64,000 bases of DNA from NCBI GenBank assembly GCA_001643675.2, contig LSRY02000025.1, forward strand, positions 744,001-808,000, read 5' to 3'. Source of the DNA: Monocercomonoides exilis PA203. Lineage: Eukaryota; Protista; Preaxostyla. Below are positions 61,879-64,000 of this stretch, piece by piece; within the stretch, counting starts at the first letter, position 1; each line of letters begins with the position of its first letter. A program made the translations under genes and the position numbers. Under the pieces are notes generated by a model. The model was not told the origin of the DNA, did not search any database, and saw nothing but the letters and a program-made list of their open reading frames with translations.

Positions 61879-62771
61879 TATTGGAATTCAAGAAGAAGAA
61901 AATGTTGAAAAAATTAAAAAGGATATGATGAAAATAAATCTTCAGATGAAAAGAATAAACATGAACATATTAATGAAGAAGAGTGAGAGTCTTTGAAAAA
62001 AATGAAATAAAAAGATAGGAAGTTTTAAGTGAAAGATGTTTATTATGAAATAAAAACGAATTAAGAAAACACGATTTAGAGAGAAAATGGAAAAAGATAA
62101 GTGCTTCATCAATTAGATTCGTCATTTGTGTTTCTATTGCTTTTCATTTTAGAATGTTGTATTATGCAGTGAAGCTAGGCTATGATCACTATCCATTTTG
62201 CATGATTTTTTGTTGATAGAAACCGTTCTTGATTTTACACGAAATAACTTTTTCATTGAACACTTTTTTCTCAACATATTTTTGACCTTCAAAAATTGAA
62301 AAGTTTCAAATTTTGTCCAAATCCACCATTAATTGCATATTTATCAACGAATAATGTTCAAATGAACTTTATCGTTTATTCTGAAAAAGAAAATGATAAC
62401 TTTCATTTTGGAAAAAATTCGAAAATTGACTGAAAAATTTCCATCATTTTTGAAAATATTGTGATTAATCGCAATTTTTATATATGATAGTTTCTGACAA
62501 AAATACATTAGAATATTTTCAAATATATCTGATAGAGGAAATAAATGTGATAACATGCAGACATGATAACATCAGAGGTTATTACAACCTCGCTTTTCTG
62601 TTAAAGGCTCGACTTTTTTCTGGGACTTTTTCCCTTATTGGCACTTTTTTTGTTTTTGCTTGCCAACAACCGAAAAACGCTGGATGGCTTTCGGCACATT
62701 TAAAATCCTTTTTAACCAGTTTTATTCTATTTATTTACTGTTTTCTTTTTTCTTTTTGTTTTTTACACATA

Positions 62772-63030
62772 TGGGTGATTATTTTTGAAATCATAACTTT
62801 TTTCGGGGTGTTCATAATTTTGAATATCCATTGTCGTTAGTTAAATAATATTCATTCTAATAAATTATGTTTGTTTATCGTTTTTCAAAGCCACAATTTT
62901 TCTCAAAAAAATCGTAAATGCACCATAAAATAGATCATTCACTTTTCAGTGTTCATTAATTGATATTTATTTCAAATATTCAAACCCAAAATTTTGACAG
63001 AAAAAATATGGTTTCAAAAATAATCACCCA
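62772..63030. mobile_element. MITE family A, best-preserved copy (259 bp, TA-flanked)
   Basis: 24-bp TIR TGGGTGATTATTTTTGAAA(T/C)CATA, 23/24 match; TA at 62770-62771 and 63031-63032. Confidence 0.85.
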
Positions 63031-64000
63031 TATAGAAATAAAGATTTTTTGCTCATTTTAATAAGACTTTTATCAGCGAACCAGGTAGCTCAAAAGAAAT
63101 TCATAGCTTGTTTTGAATTGGATAAACTATAATATAACTATTTTTTAATTCTTTTTTTCACAAACACTTTTTTCTTGTTTTTTTTTTCACATTTCATTTT
63201 TTTGACAACATGCAAGGACAAAACTGATTATTTCTTTGTAAATATGATGAAATGATAAAAATAAAAATATGATATGAAAAATAAATACATTATTAATGAA
63301 GTGTTGTCAAAATAAAACCTTGATTTTTTCTATTTGCATACAATTTAACTTTGTCGCAAAAAAGGTTATGTGTAACTTATTGGGTACTAAAATTATCATT
63401 GAAATAATTTTGAATTATTTCGAAAATGCACTTCATTGTTGAAAATTTGATTAATAAATGTGTGATTGAGTTTCAACAATTGACAAATTTGTTTGTGAAT
63501 TTCAGTTTCATCACCAAAAATTAAACCAGAATTTTCAAATATTTATAGAAACATTAAAAATTTTCTTCATTCTCCAACGAATTTTCTTTTAAGAATAACT
63601 TTAATTAAAAAATCCTCAAATAAAATTATTTTTAGTAACAGAATCTGTTGATATTTCATCATTTTTGAAGTTTTCTTTTCATTATCCTGATAAATTTTTG
63701 AATGGATCTGTCCCACCATTTGAGTGATAATGATTTGAACATAATGTTCTGATTGGATTTTTCTTTAAAAATCATAATTTTTCAAAAACAAAAATATCAT
63801 TGGCAAATGGGCACTTTACCGGTACATCAAAATTTGCTTTATTTTATGATAAAAATGATTATCATTGTTTTAAATATATTAGTTCAAAATATTAAAGTAC
63901 GGAAATTATTCTGAGTAGAAAAAAATTTTTTCAAAAAAAAATTTATCAAAAATGTATTTTTTGGTACGAGAAATCTTTCATAAACAAAATTATTTGAAAG

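Noticed and set aside
1-64000. CRISPR arrays, rRNA/tRNA genes, reverse transcriptase or diversity-generating retroelement
   Set aside because: No regularly spaced repeats, RNA-gene signatures or RT motifs seen by eye, and differences between receptor paralogs do not appear adenine-specific. tRNAscan and Infernal were not run.

Overview
Eukaryotic, AT-rich, gene-dense DNA with short GT-AG introns. Gene families and style point to an oxymonad (Monocercomonoides-like); this is inferred from recognition, not from a database search. The genetic code is standard: RPS29 and the phosducin-like gene end at their conserved C-termini on TAA. A central housekeeping block (kinesin-5-like, MCM-BP, PhLP3/TXNDC9, a SAM methyltransferase, RPS29, PP5, a Lunapark-like gene and hypotheticals) is flanked by two paralogous intron-less giant receptor genes (A: 6998-14845; B: 51556-60794). 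Each encodes a signal peptide, Pmp-like beta-helix modules, one TM and a degenerate TKL pseudokinase. The two paralogs are patchwork mosaics: near-identical tracts alternate with highly divergent ones, module number differs by one, both share a GC-rich cassette, and B has a G5-to-G4 frameshift. This suggests a recombination-diversified surface-receptor repertoire. The other main oddity is a PP5 phosphatase with ~2,230 codons of low-complexity sequence inserted into a short loop of its catalytic domain. Intergenic DNA carries a ~260-bp TA-flanked MITE family, a Merlin-like MITE with internal telomeric repeats upstream of receptor B, another degenerate dispersed repeat, and gene relics.
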